NCBI GenBank assembly: GCA_951406725.2 | Contig: OX597835.1 | Coordinates: 39,928,001 to 39,992,000, forward strand | Source: Octopus vulgaris | Lineage: Eukaryota | Direction of reading: 5' to 3' | DNA: 64,000 nt | Part shown: piece by piece, positions 42,202-58,246 of the stretch | Position numbering within the stretch: position 1 is the first letter of the stretch | Layout of the letters: each line of letters starts with the position of its first letter | The notes under the pieces: model-generated | The model's input: the letters and a program-made list of their open reading frames with translations, nothing else | Database searches by the model: none | What the model was told of the DNA's origin: nothing | Position numbers and translations under genes: made by a program

Positions 42202-42790
42202 GGCGGTGAGCTGGCAGAATCATAAGCGCACCGGGTAAAATGCTTAGCGGTATTTCGTCTGCCGTTACGTTCTGAGTTCAAATTCCGCCGAGGTCGACTT
42301 TACCTTTTATCCTTTCGGGGTCGATTAAATAAGTACCAGTTACGCACTGCGGTTGATATAATCGACTTAATCTGTTTGTCTGTCCTTGTTTGTCCTCTGT
42401 GTTTAGCCCCTTGTGGGTAGTAAAGAAATAGGTATTTCGTCTGCCGCTATGTTCTGAGTTCAAATTCCAGCCAGGTCGACTTTGCCTTTCATCCTTTCGG
42501 GGTCGATTAAATAAGTACCAGTTACGCACTGGGGTCGATATAATCGACTTAATCCGTTTGTCTGTCCTTGTTTGTCTTCTCTGTGTTTAGCCCCTTGTGG
42601 GTAGTAAAGAAATAGGTATTTCGTCTGTCTTTACGTTCTGAGTTCAAATTCCGCCGAGGTCCACTTTTGCCTTTCATCCTTTCGAGGTCGATAAATTAAG
42701 TACCAGTTGCGTACTGGAATCGATCTAATCGACTGCCCCCCCCCTCCCGCCCAAAAAAAATCGAGCCTTGTGCCTAGAGTAGAAAAGAAT
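42202..42790 (+). mobile_element. SINE family A trimer
   Basis: GTATTTCGTCTG recurs at 42250, 42432 and 42616; the last unit has an alternative tail. Confidence 0.88.
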
Positions 42791-43350
42791 CTATGCAGTT
42801 ATGCAAATTGAACCTGGCTGGTTTAACTGACTCCTAATTTGATTACACAAGGCGGTAGCAAACATATCATTCTCCCTTTCATGGAATCGTTGATCAATTA
42901 TCGATCTCCATTACGTAAATTTCTAAATAAAATTCTTAAATTCATATTATTCAAAAAAACATTATTGATTTAAAATCAATAATTCCTCAGTTCGTTTGCA
43001 TCATCAACGCTTTTTAATTAATAAGAAATGTTTTAAAGAAATTTAATGAAAGTGCTTAAACGAAATTGAAAATGAATAATAAAAATTCAGCCAAATTATA
43101 TTAATATAATCGAATATATGGATAACAGCATAGACCCGCGGAGGTCAATACTGACCAATTTCCTGACCCTTAGTAGCCCCTATAAATGATTATAAGCTGT
43201 TAACAATCACTTCATGTACAGAAATCTGGTGTTCTTCCTCTGATTACGATCTAACCGAAAACCTCAAGAGCAGAAGGTTGGATGGAAATATTGTTATATG
43301 TTACCACAGTTGTTTGCAAGTGGATAACCCTCTGTTTTCAATTTCTAGGT

Positions 43351-44082
43351 TCATAGGATTATGCTCAAGGTGGCTTCGTCATTCATACGTGCCATCCTTG
43401 CTACATTCACCCATCTTTTTTTAAAACATTCGCTAGACAAAACTTGCCTCTCTACTCTCACTTTCCTTTTCAAGTGATACTTGAAGAAGTTGATGAGAGA
43501 TTGACCAGAGAGGAAAGTGTTTGTCTCCAATCCTTTCAGACGCGTCCACCAGATACATGCTTTCGCCATAGCCACAAGGATGATGAAAATAGCTCTTCCT
43601 TCCCGTTTGAAGGAAAGAGGCGTGACAATATTGACGATAGATTCAGCTGATAAACCGACTCGTCCCACACGTGACAGCAGTTGTTCGACATAAGCCCACA
43701 GATCGGAAATTGTGGGACACTGCACGAGTGCGTGCAGAACGGTTTCGTCGCTCTGATCGCATCTCGGGCAGGTCGGCCCCGTGTTTCTCGAGCCGTGTCT
43801 GTAGAGCTTATCCCGAACGGGTAGCGCTTCTCGGTAGCACTGCCAGGCCATGGATCTCTGGAAGTTGTCCATGGGCCCCGGCCCGAAAGTCGTCCCGAAC
43901 AGGCAGGTCAGGTATTTCTCGTCGACGTCCAGGTTCGCCCCGAGCTCGTCGTCGTACCTCCCCTCCACTAATCCCCTATAGAATGCTTTGGTTGTGATGG
44001 AGTCACTCAAGGTCGACCCGGGACGGCAGAGTTGCTTGAGAGCAACGCGACACTCGCGGTGCCATTCACCCTTCCCCGGCCT
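43351..44082 (-). mobile_element. 5'-truncated L1/Tx1-like LINE, C-terminus of ORF2 with a zf-RVT-type CCHC finger
   Basis: Open frame of ~244 codons: AWQCYREALPVRDKL..CPRC..ETVLHALVQCP..AKACIWWTR..FKKRW. Confidence 0.85.
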
Positions 44083-44084
44083 CT

Positions 44085-44308
<224 letters not shown>

Positions 44309-44595
44309 TGATACTCTCTCGTAGTCTGATGAAGACGGTTCTGCAATTTCTTGCTGAAAAATCAGCAGAAGTGATTGTTGATGAGGAGCATATGGTTCAC
44401 ATTAGCTCCCTCCCTCCATCAAATTGATGTTGCCCGAACGAGTGCACGGCACACGACTCAACAGATGTTGAAGTGATCGCAGGGCAAGGTGAGATGAAAT
44501 ATTTTGCTCAAGAGAATAACGTACCGCCCCGGTTCAGGAATTGAAACCACGGTTTCGTGATCGTGAGTGCAACACCCTAACCACTACGCCAAACG

Positions 44596-44634
<39 letters not shown>

Positions 44635-44859
44635 GCGCACACTTATGTATGCGAGTATTTTATGAATTTCTTTATTTCCATTTCTTAATTGCCCACAAGG
44701 GGCTAAACACAGAGAGGACAAACAAGGACAGACAAAGGGATAAAGTCGATTACACCGACTCCAGTGCCTAAGTCGACCTCGGCGGAATTTGAACTCGGAA
44801 CGTAACGACAGATGAAATACGGCTACGCATTTCGCCCGGCGTGCTAACGTTTCTATATG

Positions 44860-46200
<1,341 letters not shown>

Positions 46201-46741
46201 GCACGCGCGCAAGCTCGTCTGCGGACACGAAACTTTCGTCTTGTTCTGACAATTACATCAATATTCCGCCATGAAACACTAAAAAAACTGTTCCGTACAG
46301 GAAACGACATGAGCGCCATCTTGGTATCTGTACTTTTAACGTCTTCACGAGTCTTTGCTTGCGCCACTTGATCAAGGAAGAGGTCACACCAAGGTGAAAC
46401 CCGCACGCCTTCAAAATCTGTCTTGGGGAAGGCTTATGTTATTGTTGATGTTGTTATTGTTGGTGTTGTTGTTGTTATTGACGGTTTTTTCATATGGATG
46501 TCTCATGACTAAGCACAAATCAATTGATGTAGATGGGATAGAGGTGGTAATGGTGGTGGTGGTGACGATGATGATGATGATGGTGGTGGTGGTGGTGATG
46601 ACGATGATAATGATGGTGTTGTTGAAAGCTGTATTGATGGCGATGGTGATGGTGGTGGCAGTGGTGGTGATGATGATGGTGGTGGTGGTGGGTGGTTGTA
46701 GACGAGTCGATTAAATCGATCTCAATATTCATATGTCTGTC

Positions 46742-46803
<62 letters not shown>

Positions 46804-47440
46804 ATTTATGTATGTATGTATGAATATATACATATACATATATATATGTATATGTATATATACATACATATAAGTATATATATGTTTGTGTATATATATT
46901 ATATATATATGTATATATATACACATACGGGCATACGTACATACATGCATGCATGCATGCATGCATACATACATACATACATACATACATACATACATAC
47001 ATACATACATACATACATACATACATACATACATACATGTGGGGAGTTTATTTTGACAGGTTTTCATATACATATGTCATTTTCGTAGTTGGGGGAGGTT
47101 AGGCTGGTGGGAGTGACGATGGTGGTGTGTATTTAGGTGAATAACTAGAAACGTAGTTCGAATCCCTGTCGATCAGTTTCTCAATTTAGTTTCGACCATG
47201 GAATGTAGTTCTTGTTGTTGTTCTTGTTGTTTAATCCCAGGTCAGCTCAAGTCGAGCAGACCTTGCTATACAAAACATTCTAGTCGTGATCAAGCCAACA
47301 TGTCTGTTCTGTCTTTCATTCTTTCCTTCTTTCTTTCTTTCTTTCTTTCTTTCTTTATTTTAGTTGTGATTTGAATGAGATTCAATACTTTAAAGGTTTT
47401 GGCGACCATACAAAGCTTCTACATTGGTTTGTACCTCAGC

Positions 47441-47475
<35 letters not shown>

Positions 47476-47508
47476 ACTGCTACTGCTGCTACTGCTACTG
47501 TTGCCGTT

Positions 47509-47552
<44 letters not shown>

Positions 47553-47616
47553 GGTGGTGGTGGTGGTGGTGGTGGTGGTGGTGGTGGTGGTGGTGGTGGT
47601 GGTGGTGGTGGTGGTG

Positions 47617-47687
<71 letters not shown>

Positions 47688-47839
47688 TGCTGTTGTCTTC
47701 TTCCAATGAGGACTCACGCCATTAGCCACAAAGAATAATCTCTAATTCGAGCCAACTCTAAGCTACTAAGAATGCGTGTGGCAACTTGAAGATCCACCCA
47801 CCACACGCGATAGACTGGCGGTTGCACGGGCGCGAAAGC

Positions 47840-48167
47840 TACGTTGTTATCCTCATTCTGTAAACGGTGGTTTTTAACGGGTGGAGAGCTGAACCATCCT
47901 GGGGTAGAGAGGATTCACAATTTAGACTAGGGTCTGAAAGTTTACCACACCATGGTTCCTCTGCTTTGTGGCAGAAGTAGGAAGGAAGAGTGAGAGAAAG
48001 TTGTGGTGGAAGAGTACAGCGGGGTTCACCATCCACCCCCGCCAGAGCCTCGTGGAGCTTAGGCGTTTTTGCTCAATAAACACTCACAATGCCCGGTCTA
48101 GGAATCGAAACCGCGTTCTTACGACCGCGAGTCCGCTGCCCTAACCACTGGGCCATTACGCCTCCAC
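47840..48167 (-). mobile_element. tRNA-derived SINE family D
   Basis: Minus strand GTGGAGGCGTAATGGCCCAGTGGTTAGGGCAGCGG..GGTTTCGATTCCTAGACCGGG, then a body unlike families A-C; 3' boundary uncertain. Confidence 0.7.
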
Positions 48168-48552
48168 AGTTGCTGTTATTTAACTTCTGGCCACTCTTGA
48201 TTGAGACGCTGATATTCAAAGCTGTTTAAACCGTGCCGCAGCCATTTGGTCTCATTTTGAGGAATACTATAAGACCCGACATTACATTATGCAATGTGCC
48301 CTTCTTTGTTTCAATATATTTGAATGCTGTCTGAGAAGATTTGGCAGTTATTTCTAACAGATTGAACGACCACATAGAGGTCCCTTGTTTTGGCTCGACC
48401 TTAAAGCTGTGTATGTTGAATAGCTGCACATAGCTATGACTGGTGAGGAGTGGCTGTGGGAGGGGGGGAGCTTGCTTACCAACCACATGGTTCCAGGTTC
48501 AGTCCCGCTGCGTGGCACCTTGGGCAGGTGTCTTCATATATATATATATATA

Positions 48553-48923
48553 TATAGGAAAGAGGATTTGAAAATGCTGAGGCCTTTTAAAGATGTTTAT
48601 TGACTTGACCGGTTTCACTTTTTTGATAAAAGATTTTCAAAAGTAAAATGTAAAGCTTTGTATAAGCTTTGTTGTGTTAAAAAGTGATTATCATAATTGT
48701 GTTAAAATGCAGTTATACAGTCTTTGACAATGATAAGAAAATGTTAAGAGGGGTTTTTTGTTTAAACAGTTTACGTGAAATTGTTCAAGATAGGTAGTAA
48801 AATAAATTCTCTATAAATACTTAAATATGATTATTTCTATATGTATGCTTCTTTACAATTATGATTTTTGATGAACTTAAAATAATTAAAAGACCTCTGC
48901 ATTTTCAAATCCTCTTTCCTATA
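48553..48923. mobile_element. Inverted-repeat-bounded element with a hammerhead relic (Penelope pseudo-LTR-like)
   Basis: 38-bp inverted repeats TATAGGAAAGAGGATTTGAAAATGCWGAGGYCTTTTAA; minus strand 48644-48603 has ACTT-TTGAAAA..GAAA-CCGG-TC-AAGT. Confidence 0.6.
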
Positions 48924-49423
48924 TAGTTTCACTCGTGCGGTAACCTTGCAAGTTTACTTTGTTATATGTATTCATGTATGTATGTATGTATGTATGTATG
49001 TATGTATGTATGTATGTATGTATGTATGTATGTATGTATGTATGTATGTATGTATGTGTGTGTGTATGTGTGTGTGTATGCATGTATGTATGTATGTGTG
49101 TATGTATGTATGTATTTGTGCGTCTGTGGTGGTTCTCCCACCATCGCTTGACAACCGGTATTTGTGTGTTTGCATAACTTAGCGGTTCAGTAAAAGAGAC
49201 CGATAGAATAAATACTATACTGTAAAGAATAAGTCCTGGGGTCTTATATATATATATAGGACAGGCTTCTGTCTGTTTCCGTCTACCAAATCCGCTCACA
49301 AGGCTTTGACTAGCCCGAAACCATAGTAGGAGACACTCGCCCAAAGTGCCACGCAGTGAGACGCAGTGAGTGGTTGGGAAGCAAGCTTCTTACCACACAG
49401 CCACGCTTGCACCTATATATTAA

Positions 49424-49830
49424 CTATATTTCTGTGAAGGGCCCTGATTTGAAATGTACCCTAATTAAGCGTTTGAATCCGATCACTTCTCGGACGACGT
49501 TGTAGATAAGGGCTGCTCTATCAAAGATCCGTATATCGAAAGACAAATTTGAGCTCCTATTTATGTTGTTGAATAGATCTTTGAATGCTATTGACATGAA
49601 TCTGTTCATATGCAAATAAGCTTTTCATTGTTTTTTACAAAGTTTCTGTGAGCTAGTGTTTCAATCTAGGGCGACGTCCAGGAAAGTAGCATGTTTAATT
49701 TTCTTTCCAATAGCGAAAGATCTGAAAATGTAATGATAATGTCCTTCCCTACTGTATTTAGTGAATATCCAAAGTGATAGCTAACCAGTCATCTCTATAT
49801 AGGTCAAATTGCATTGAGGGGAATATTTGC
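49424..49830 (-). pseudogene. Penelope-like reverse transcriptase fragment (motif C to thumb)
   Basis: Across frameshifts: FDLYRDDWLAIT .. ATFLDVALD*NT .. NEKLICI*TDS .. NINRSSNLSFDIRIFDRAALIYN, matching PLE GLYRDDGLA / NFLDVTLDL / SINRRLS..IF..A.P.Y. Confidence 0.82.
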
Positions 49831-49926
49831 GCTATATATATATATATATATAAATTAGTAATGCAATACTAGAGTATTGCTTTCCAGTAAAGAATATCGG
49901 TACTTCGTTGTGACATATATTTACTT

Positions 49927-49968
<42 letters not shown>

Positions 49969-50238
49969 ATTATTTGAGGGAATATTATTCCTAACTTACA
50001 GGGAAAAAATTCAATTTAGAAATACTAAATCGAATTTCACAAAATATAACATATATATATATATAAATTAGAAAAAAACACCTTTTATCAATTCAAAATG
50101 AACAATTAAATTACACCATCTAGAAAATTACATATAATAGAAATATTAAAATTAAAATAACAATAATATACCGATGATTAAGTAAATTGCGAAATGATAA
50201 TAAAAACGTATATATTTGGTTGAATAAGAAGTATATAC

Positions 50239-50294
<56 letters not shown>

Positions 50295-50434
50295 AATATT
50301 TTATGTATATATATATTTGTATGTATGTACATATACATACATATATACATATATTAATGACTGTTAAAGAACGAATTACACAATCACTTTCATTAGCTTA
50401 CAGCTGCTTCTTAACTAGCAAGATTACAGTTGTC

Positions 50435-51112
50435 CACCATAGGGATAGCTAACCCCTCATCTCTGTATAGCCCTAAGAGTACTGAGGGGAATTTTTAATT
50501 TAAGGTATCTAACATATCTATTCCCTTAAGATCGCACACCCCAGATCTATTGTACAACTCCTTGTTTATATGAAAGGAATCATCCAGGTGAAATTTCTGA
50601 ATTCAGGTAATGTCCATATAAAAAAGCAGTGTCTTTTTAGCATTCAGTGTAACTTTTGTCTTATGAAGAAAGGCTGAAGACGCTCTAAAAAAACGACGAC
50701 GCCGTGGAGATCTCATTCTCGCTCACAACATCATAAGCGGAATGTGTAACCTCTCGAAAGAGCTGTTCTTCACTCCTGCTCCAGAGCGTCGGCTGCGGGG
50801 TCACTCCGAAAAGCTCTATCTGCGACGATTTCATCTCAATCGAAGGAGAGGGGCTTTCTCCGTCCGGGTTGCGGATCCGTGGAATAAGCTGCCGGACGAA
50901 ATAGTGAAGATGCCGACGACCGCTCGGTTCAAAGTCTCTCTTGACCAGAAATGGCCTGAACTCTTTGTATGAACACCCTCCCTGTACATAACTCCATGTC
51001 CCCCTACATGGCCGTGCTTTTTGCTTTTTAAGCCCCAAAATTAACTTAACTTAACTTTTATAACTTTGTTGCTTTGGTGTATGAATGGATAGAAATCTAC
51101 AATGTCAAATTA
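50435..51112 (-). pseudogene. Second Penelope-like RT fragment (motifs A-C), interrupted by a CR1 LINE
   Basis: FDIVDFYP at ~51107-51084; after the CR1, KKTLLF..FHINKELYNRSGVCDLKG..LGLYRDEGLAI at 50640-50440. Confidence 0.82.
50659..51057 (+). mobile_element. 5'-truncated CR1-clade LINE 3' end with a (TTAAC)n tail
   Basis: SYEERLKT / LKKRRRRGDLILAHNII..RLRGHSEKL..RRGAFSVRVADPWNKLP..FKVSLD; stop at 50972; tail TTAACTTAACTTAAC. Confidence 0.92.
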
Positions 51113-51522
51113 GGAAAAAATTGGTGATGCTTCCTCTGACAAAAGTAGAGGAAGAAACTAAGACTCGGGCGAAATTGTGCCTAGCTCCACTCTCGTTGGA
51201 AGTTTGTGGTTATCCCCAAAAAGAACAACGTCCATTTAATCTAATGTTAGCCATAAAACAGGACGGATCAAATACTGTGTTGATTGAGGGTAAATGTTTG
51301 ATAATGATGGCGACAGTGGTTTATCTGCAGAAAAGGGCGTGAGAGCCAGAAGATACAGAGTTCTTCGTGGCTCCTCTAACACCGAAGCTGCTTATGAATG
51401 CGTATATATTCATAAATATATGCATATATATGTACTTTATGCATGTATGTGTGCGTCAGGACGCCATGATAGATCGTTAGCTCCAACACGCATTTTTTTC
51501 TCTACTTGTTTTTTTCTGTGTA

Positions 51523-51560
51523 TCTTTCTGTCGAAGAGCGTAGGCTCGAAATGTAAAAGA
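51523..51560 (+). ncRNA. Minimal hammerhead-like motif with a variant core, inside a ~200-bp element (51461-51657)
   Basis: TCTTT-CTGTCGA-A-GAGCgtagGCTC-GAAA-TG-TA-AAAGA. Confidence 0.6.
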
Positions 51561-51655
51561 CTTTTTCTATTTCTATTCCTGAGGGCTATACTAATACATT
51601 TGTTTGTTTGTACTCCACCTGCCTTCGTCTTTTGCTTATTTTCGTAAACTTTCCC

Positions 51656-51720
<65 letters not shown>

Positions 51721-52064
51721 GTGTGTGTGTGTATGTGTATATGTGTGTGTGTGTGTGTGTACGTGTGTACGCGTGTGTACGTGTGTGTGTGTACGTGTGT
51801 GACTTGGTGGTTAGGGTGTTGCACTCATAATCGCGAGATTGTGGTTTCGGTTCCTGGAGTGGGTGATACATTGTGTTCCTGATCAAAACACTTCATTTCA
51901 CGTTGGTCCAGTCCACTCAGCTGGTAAAAAGTGAGAAAAAATATATACGTCACAGAAACCGGCCTAATGAGCGTATGGCCTGTGAAAGAATGTGATCTCT
52001 TGAGCACCACCAGCTCAAATATTTTCTCCTCTGTCTTCCCTCCTTGGGATCTTTCCTTCTCCTT

Positions 52065-52099
52065 GTTTCCGACGAAGAGCTCCGCTCGAAACATTAAAC
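52065..52099 (+). ncRNA. Mutated minimal hammerhead inside a ~220-bp element (51990-52207)
   Basis: GTTT-CCGACGA-A-GAGCtccGCTC-GAAA-CA-TT-AAAC; homologue of 57202-57234. Confidence 0.6.
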
Positions 52100-52309
52100 C
52101 CTCCTTCCCTTCTTTCCTGAGCGTCAATAATACTTTAATTGTTCCACGTTCTGCGTTGCTGTGTTTTTTTCTCTTTTTTTCTGTGTTTTCTTGTTTGGAT
52201 TAACTTTATATATATATAGGGAGAGTTTACGAAAAATACAAAAAACGAAGACTGGTGGTGTACAATACAAACAGATGTATTAGTATAACGCTCAGGAATA
52301 GAAAAAGTA

Positions 52310-52343
52310 TTTTACATTTCGAGCCTACGCTCTTCTACAGAAG
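52310..52343 (-). ncRNA. Minimal hammerhead-like motif, second copy of the 51523 family (element 52217-52410)
   Basis: Minus strand TT-CTGTAGA-A-GAGCgtagGCTC-GAAA-TG-TA-AA. Confidence 0.58.
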
Positions 52344-52658
52344 GGGAGACAGAAAAAACAAGGAGAGAAAAAATGTGCGTAGTGGCTAACGATCTATCAT
52401 GGCGACTGACTTCGGACAGAAGGGTCACACACGAGGGGGAAGAAGTAGGGGAGAGTGTTTGTTTATCCATTAATTGTTGTCTGCTTTCGATCCCATTTTC
52501 CAGCATCTCTTGCCGGAAGCCACCAGAAGGAAAGTAATGTTATCGCTAAAGACACAAAATTGTGCTCTGACCCTCTGGCCGATAACTGATCAGGTGTTAG
52601 GCACCTCCTGTGTCTGTTTTCCGCTCGTTTGTGCATTTACCATACCTTTTTTGTAAAA

Positions 52659-52697
<39 letters not shown>

Positions 52698-52848
52698 AAT
52701 ATAAGAGAGTGGTCACTATATTGCTCACTCTAGCACCAGTTAATCCAAAAGGTTTCAACCACGAAAATACATGCTTACCATGAAAGTCAGTACGATTGTT
52801 AGCTCACACGGACAGGGCAAATAAAAAATAACAAAAATACAGATTATT

Positions 52849-52928
52849 TTGGGACAATTGTTTCGCTATTAATGAATTAAATGTAATTTTACTTACAAAA
52901 AAAAATCCATTTGTAGCTCGTCAGCCAA
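52849..52928 (-). ncRNA. Type I hammerhead ribozyme with a canonical core and an extended helix II
   Basis: Minus strand TTGG-CTGACGA-GCTA[45-nt AU-rich hairpin]TAGC-GAAA-CAATTG-TC-CCAA; all core bases canonical, GUC site, palindromic ACAATTGT helix III. Confidence 0.85.
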
Positions 52929-52935
52929 GACTATC

Positions 52936-53009
<74 letters not shown>

Positions 53010-53052
53010 CACATACACACACACACACATACACACACATACACACACACAT

Positions 53053-53105
<53 letters not shown>

Positions 53106-53390
53106 CACACACGCACACATATATGTATATATAAAGAGAGAGAGAGACGGACAGGCGGACTGACAGACAGACGGACAAGCAGATAGATAGACAAAGACAG
53201 AGAGAGACAGAGACAGCGAAAGAGAGAGACCTTCATCAGTTAAACATTCCACAATATATATAAGTGTGTGTGTCTATATTATGCATGTATGTATGTATGT
53301 ATGCATGTATGTATGTATGTATGTATGTATATGTGTTTGCATATTCAGAGAGGAAGTAAGGAGAAAGAAAGAAAGAAAGAAAGAAAGAAA

Positions 53391-53432
<42 letters not shown>

Positions 53433-53479
53433 GAAATGTCTAAGAACGGGAGGGGTGAGCATCACCAGCAAACTAAACC

Positions 53480-55660
<2,181 letters not shown>

Positions 55661-56089
55661 ACAGACAGACACATACATGCACCCACCCACACACACAAAT
55701 AGATAGAATGATAGGTGTTTTCGAATTGCTAAAAATGGGGAAGCTCGCGATAATGTCTAACAGCTTCGAAAGAAGAGAGAGAGAGAGAGAGAGAGAGAAG
55801 AGGAAGAGAGAGAGAGATATATGTAAATCAGCTGACATATTGAAATGCCCTCAATGACTATGGATAGGGGTGGGGTGGGGGTCAAACCTCAAAAGAGAAA
55901 GAATCGAAGACTAATAGAAACAAACTCACCTTTGCAATATTAAAAATACATTTAATTGTTTTCTGTCACTTGCATCGATGCGAATCAATAACTTTTAAAA
56001 ATATAAAAATTGCACCGAATCTATTGATTTTCTTCTCCACAGCGTGCGTGAGTATGTACATACATGGATAAATACATACATATACATAA

Positions 56090-56144
<55 letters not shown>

Positions 56145-56164
56145 AACACACACACACGTATGTA

Positions 56165-56269
<105 letters not shown>

Positions 56270-56363
56270 ACACACGTATGTAGATATGTGTGTGTATATA
56301 TATATATATACATACATATATATATATATATAAACACACACACACGTATGTATATATGTATAT

Positions 56364-56441
<78 letters not shown>

Positions 56442-56634
56442 TTATAATCCAAGCTGTGGTCACTTGAGTCACAGCTGAATATTTCAGTACACGAACCGTA
56501 CATGTAGAATTTATATTTGGGCAAAGAATGTATAAATGTTGAAAAATACTAGAAAATATTTTGGGTAGAATAATTATATATGAAAACAGGAGATTTTAAA
56601 AAAGATTTTTTTTGTTTTTTTTTATATTACTTGT

Positions 56635-56733
56635 CCACCATTACACGTGTTTCATTTACTAATAGGAATTACACAATTGCACTTGTAGGAGAAACATGCA
56701 AGGTATCTCCTACCAAAAATCCTTCAGAGGTGG
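56635..56733 (-). ncRNA. Hammerhead-like motif with a long structured helix II
   Basis: Minus strand CCACCT-CTGAAGG-ATTT[...]AAAT-GAAA-CACGTG-TA-ATGGTGG; palindromic ACACGTGT; A9>G; the 5' strand of helix I overlaps the start of a SINE B fragment. Confidence 0.55.
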
Positions 56734-56998
56734 CTGTGTGGTAAGAAGCTTGCTTCCCAACCACATGGACTCGGGTTCAGTCCCACTGTGTGGTACCTAA
56801 GACAAGTGTCTTCTACAATAGCCCCGGACTAAATGAGAAGTAGATGGACAGCCGATAACTAATGAAGGGTCGCTCTTTATGTTACTTGCCCTGTTTTCCA
56901 TTTGCTTTCGTATTTCATGTTGTTTACGGTTTGTGACGTCCTGTACCCACATATGCATATACATACATACATACATACATACATACATACATACATAC

Positions 56999-57092
<94 letters not shown>

Positions 57093-57201
57093 CTATATAT
57101 GTATCTATGTATGTATATTTATTTCAATATGCGACCGCGTGTGTATGGTTGGCGATTTTCTTTCTCCGTCTTCCCTTCCTCGGACATTTCCTTTTTCTAT
57201 G

Positions 57202-57234
57202 TTTCTGACGAAGAGCTCCGCTCGAAACGTTAAA
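57202..57234 (+). ncRNA. Minimal type I hammerhead ribozyme inside a ~205-bp (TA)n-flanked element (57130-57335)
   Basis: TTT-CTGACGA-A-GAGCtccGCTC-GAAA-CG-TT-AAA; palindromic ACGT helix III, GUU site. Confidence 0.78.
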
Positions 57235-57328
57235 TCCTCCTACTTTCTTTCCTTTCCTGAGCGTCCAATAATACTATACTCGCTCCACATCCTCGCGTTG
57301 TTGTGTTTTCTCTTTGTTCATGTTTTGA

Positions 57329-57400
<72 letters not shown>

Positions 57401-57619
57401 TTGTGTGTGTGTGCGTGGCTGGATTCGATTCATTCGACTAAAAAATTGTTGAAGGCCTTGCCCAAGTAACAACTTCTTAGTCGAATGAATCGATCCCAGT
57501 ACTTTTTTAAGCATGTTGCTTATTCAATCTGTTTTTGCCGAACCGCGAGGTCACGGGGACGTAAACACACTAATACCGGTCGTCAAGTGGTGGTGAAGAA
57601 TGAACACGGACACAACGCG

Positions 57620-57653
<34 letters not shown>

Positions 57654-57681
57654 ACACACATATATATATATGTATTTGTAT

Positions 57682-57734
<53 letters not shown>

Positions 57735-57812
57735 CATGTATATACATATATATATACATATATATATATATATACATAAATATATATGTATACATATATA
57801 TACATATATATA

Positions 57813-57974
57813 GGCGCAGGAGTGGCTATGTGGTAAGTAGCTTGTTTACCAACCACACGGTTCCGAGTTCAGTCCCACTGCGTGGTACCTTGGGCAAGTG
57901 TCTTCTACTATAGCCTCGGGCCGACCAAAGCCTTGTGAGTGGATTTGGTAGGCGGAAACTGATAGAAGCCCGTC

Positions 57975-58023
<49 letters not shown>

Positions 58024-58246
58024 TGTGTGTGTTTGTGTGTCTCTGTTTGTCCACCTAGCATTGCTTGACAACCGATGCTGGTGTGTTTATGTCCCCGTTA
58101 CTTAGCGGTTCGGCAAAAGAGACCGATGGAATAAGTACTGGGCTTACAAGAGAATATGTCCCAGGGTCGAGTTGCTCGATTGAAGGCGGTGCTCCAGCAT
58201 GGCCGCAGTCAAATGACTGAAACAAGTAAAAGAGTAAAGAGTAAGA

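Noticed and set aside
42202-42790. Regularly spaced repeats suggestive of a CRISPR array
   Set aside because: The whole ~183-bp unit repeats with no unique spacers, there are no cas genes, and the context is eukaryotic.
44326-44350. CTGATGAAGAC (similar isolated CTGATGA at 15658, 26063, 28708 and minus-strand ~59400)
   Set aside because: No paired helix II followed by GAAA.
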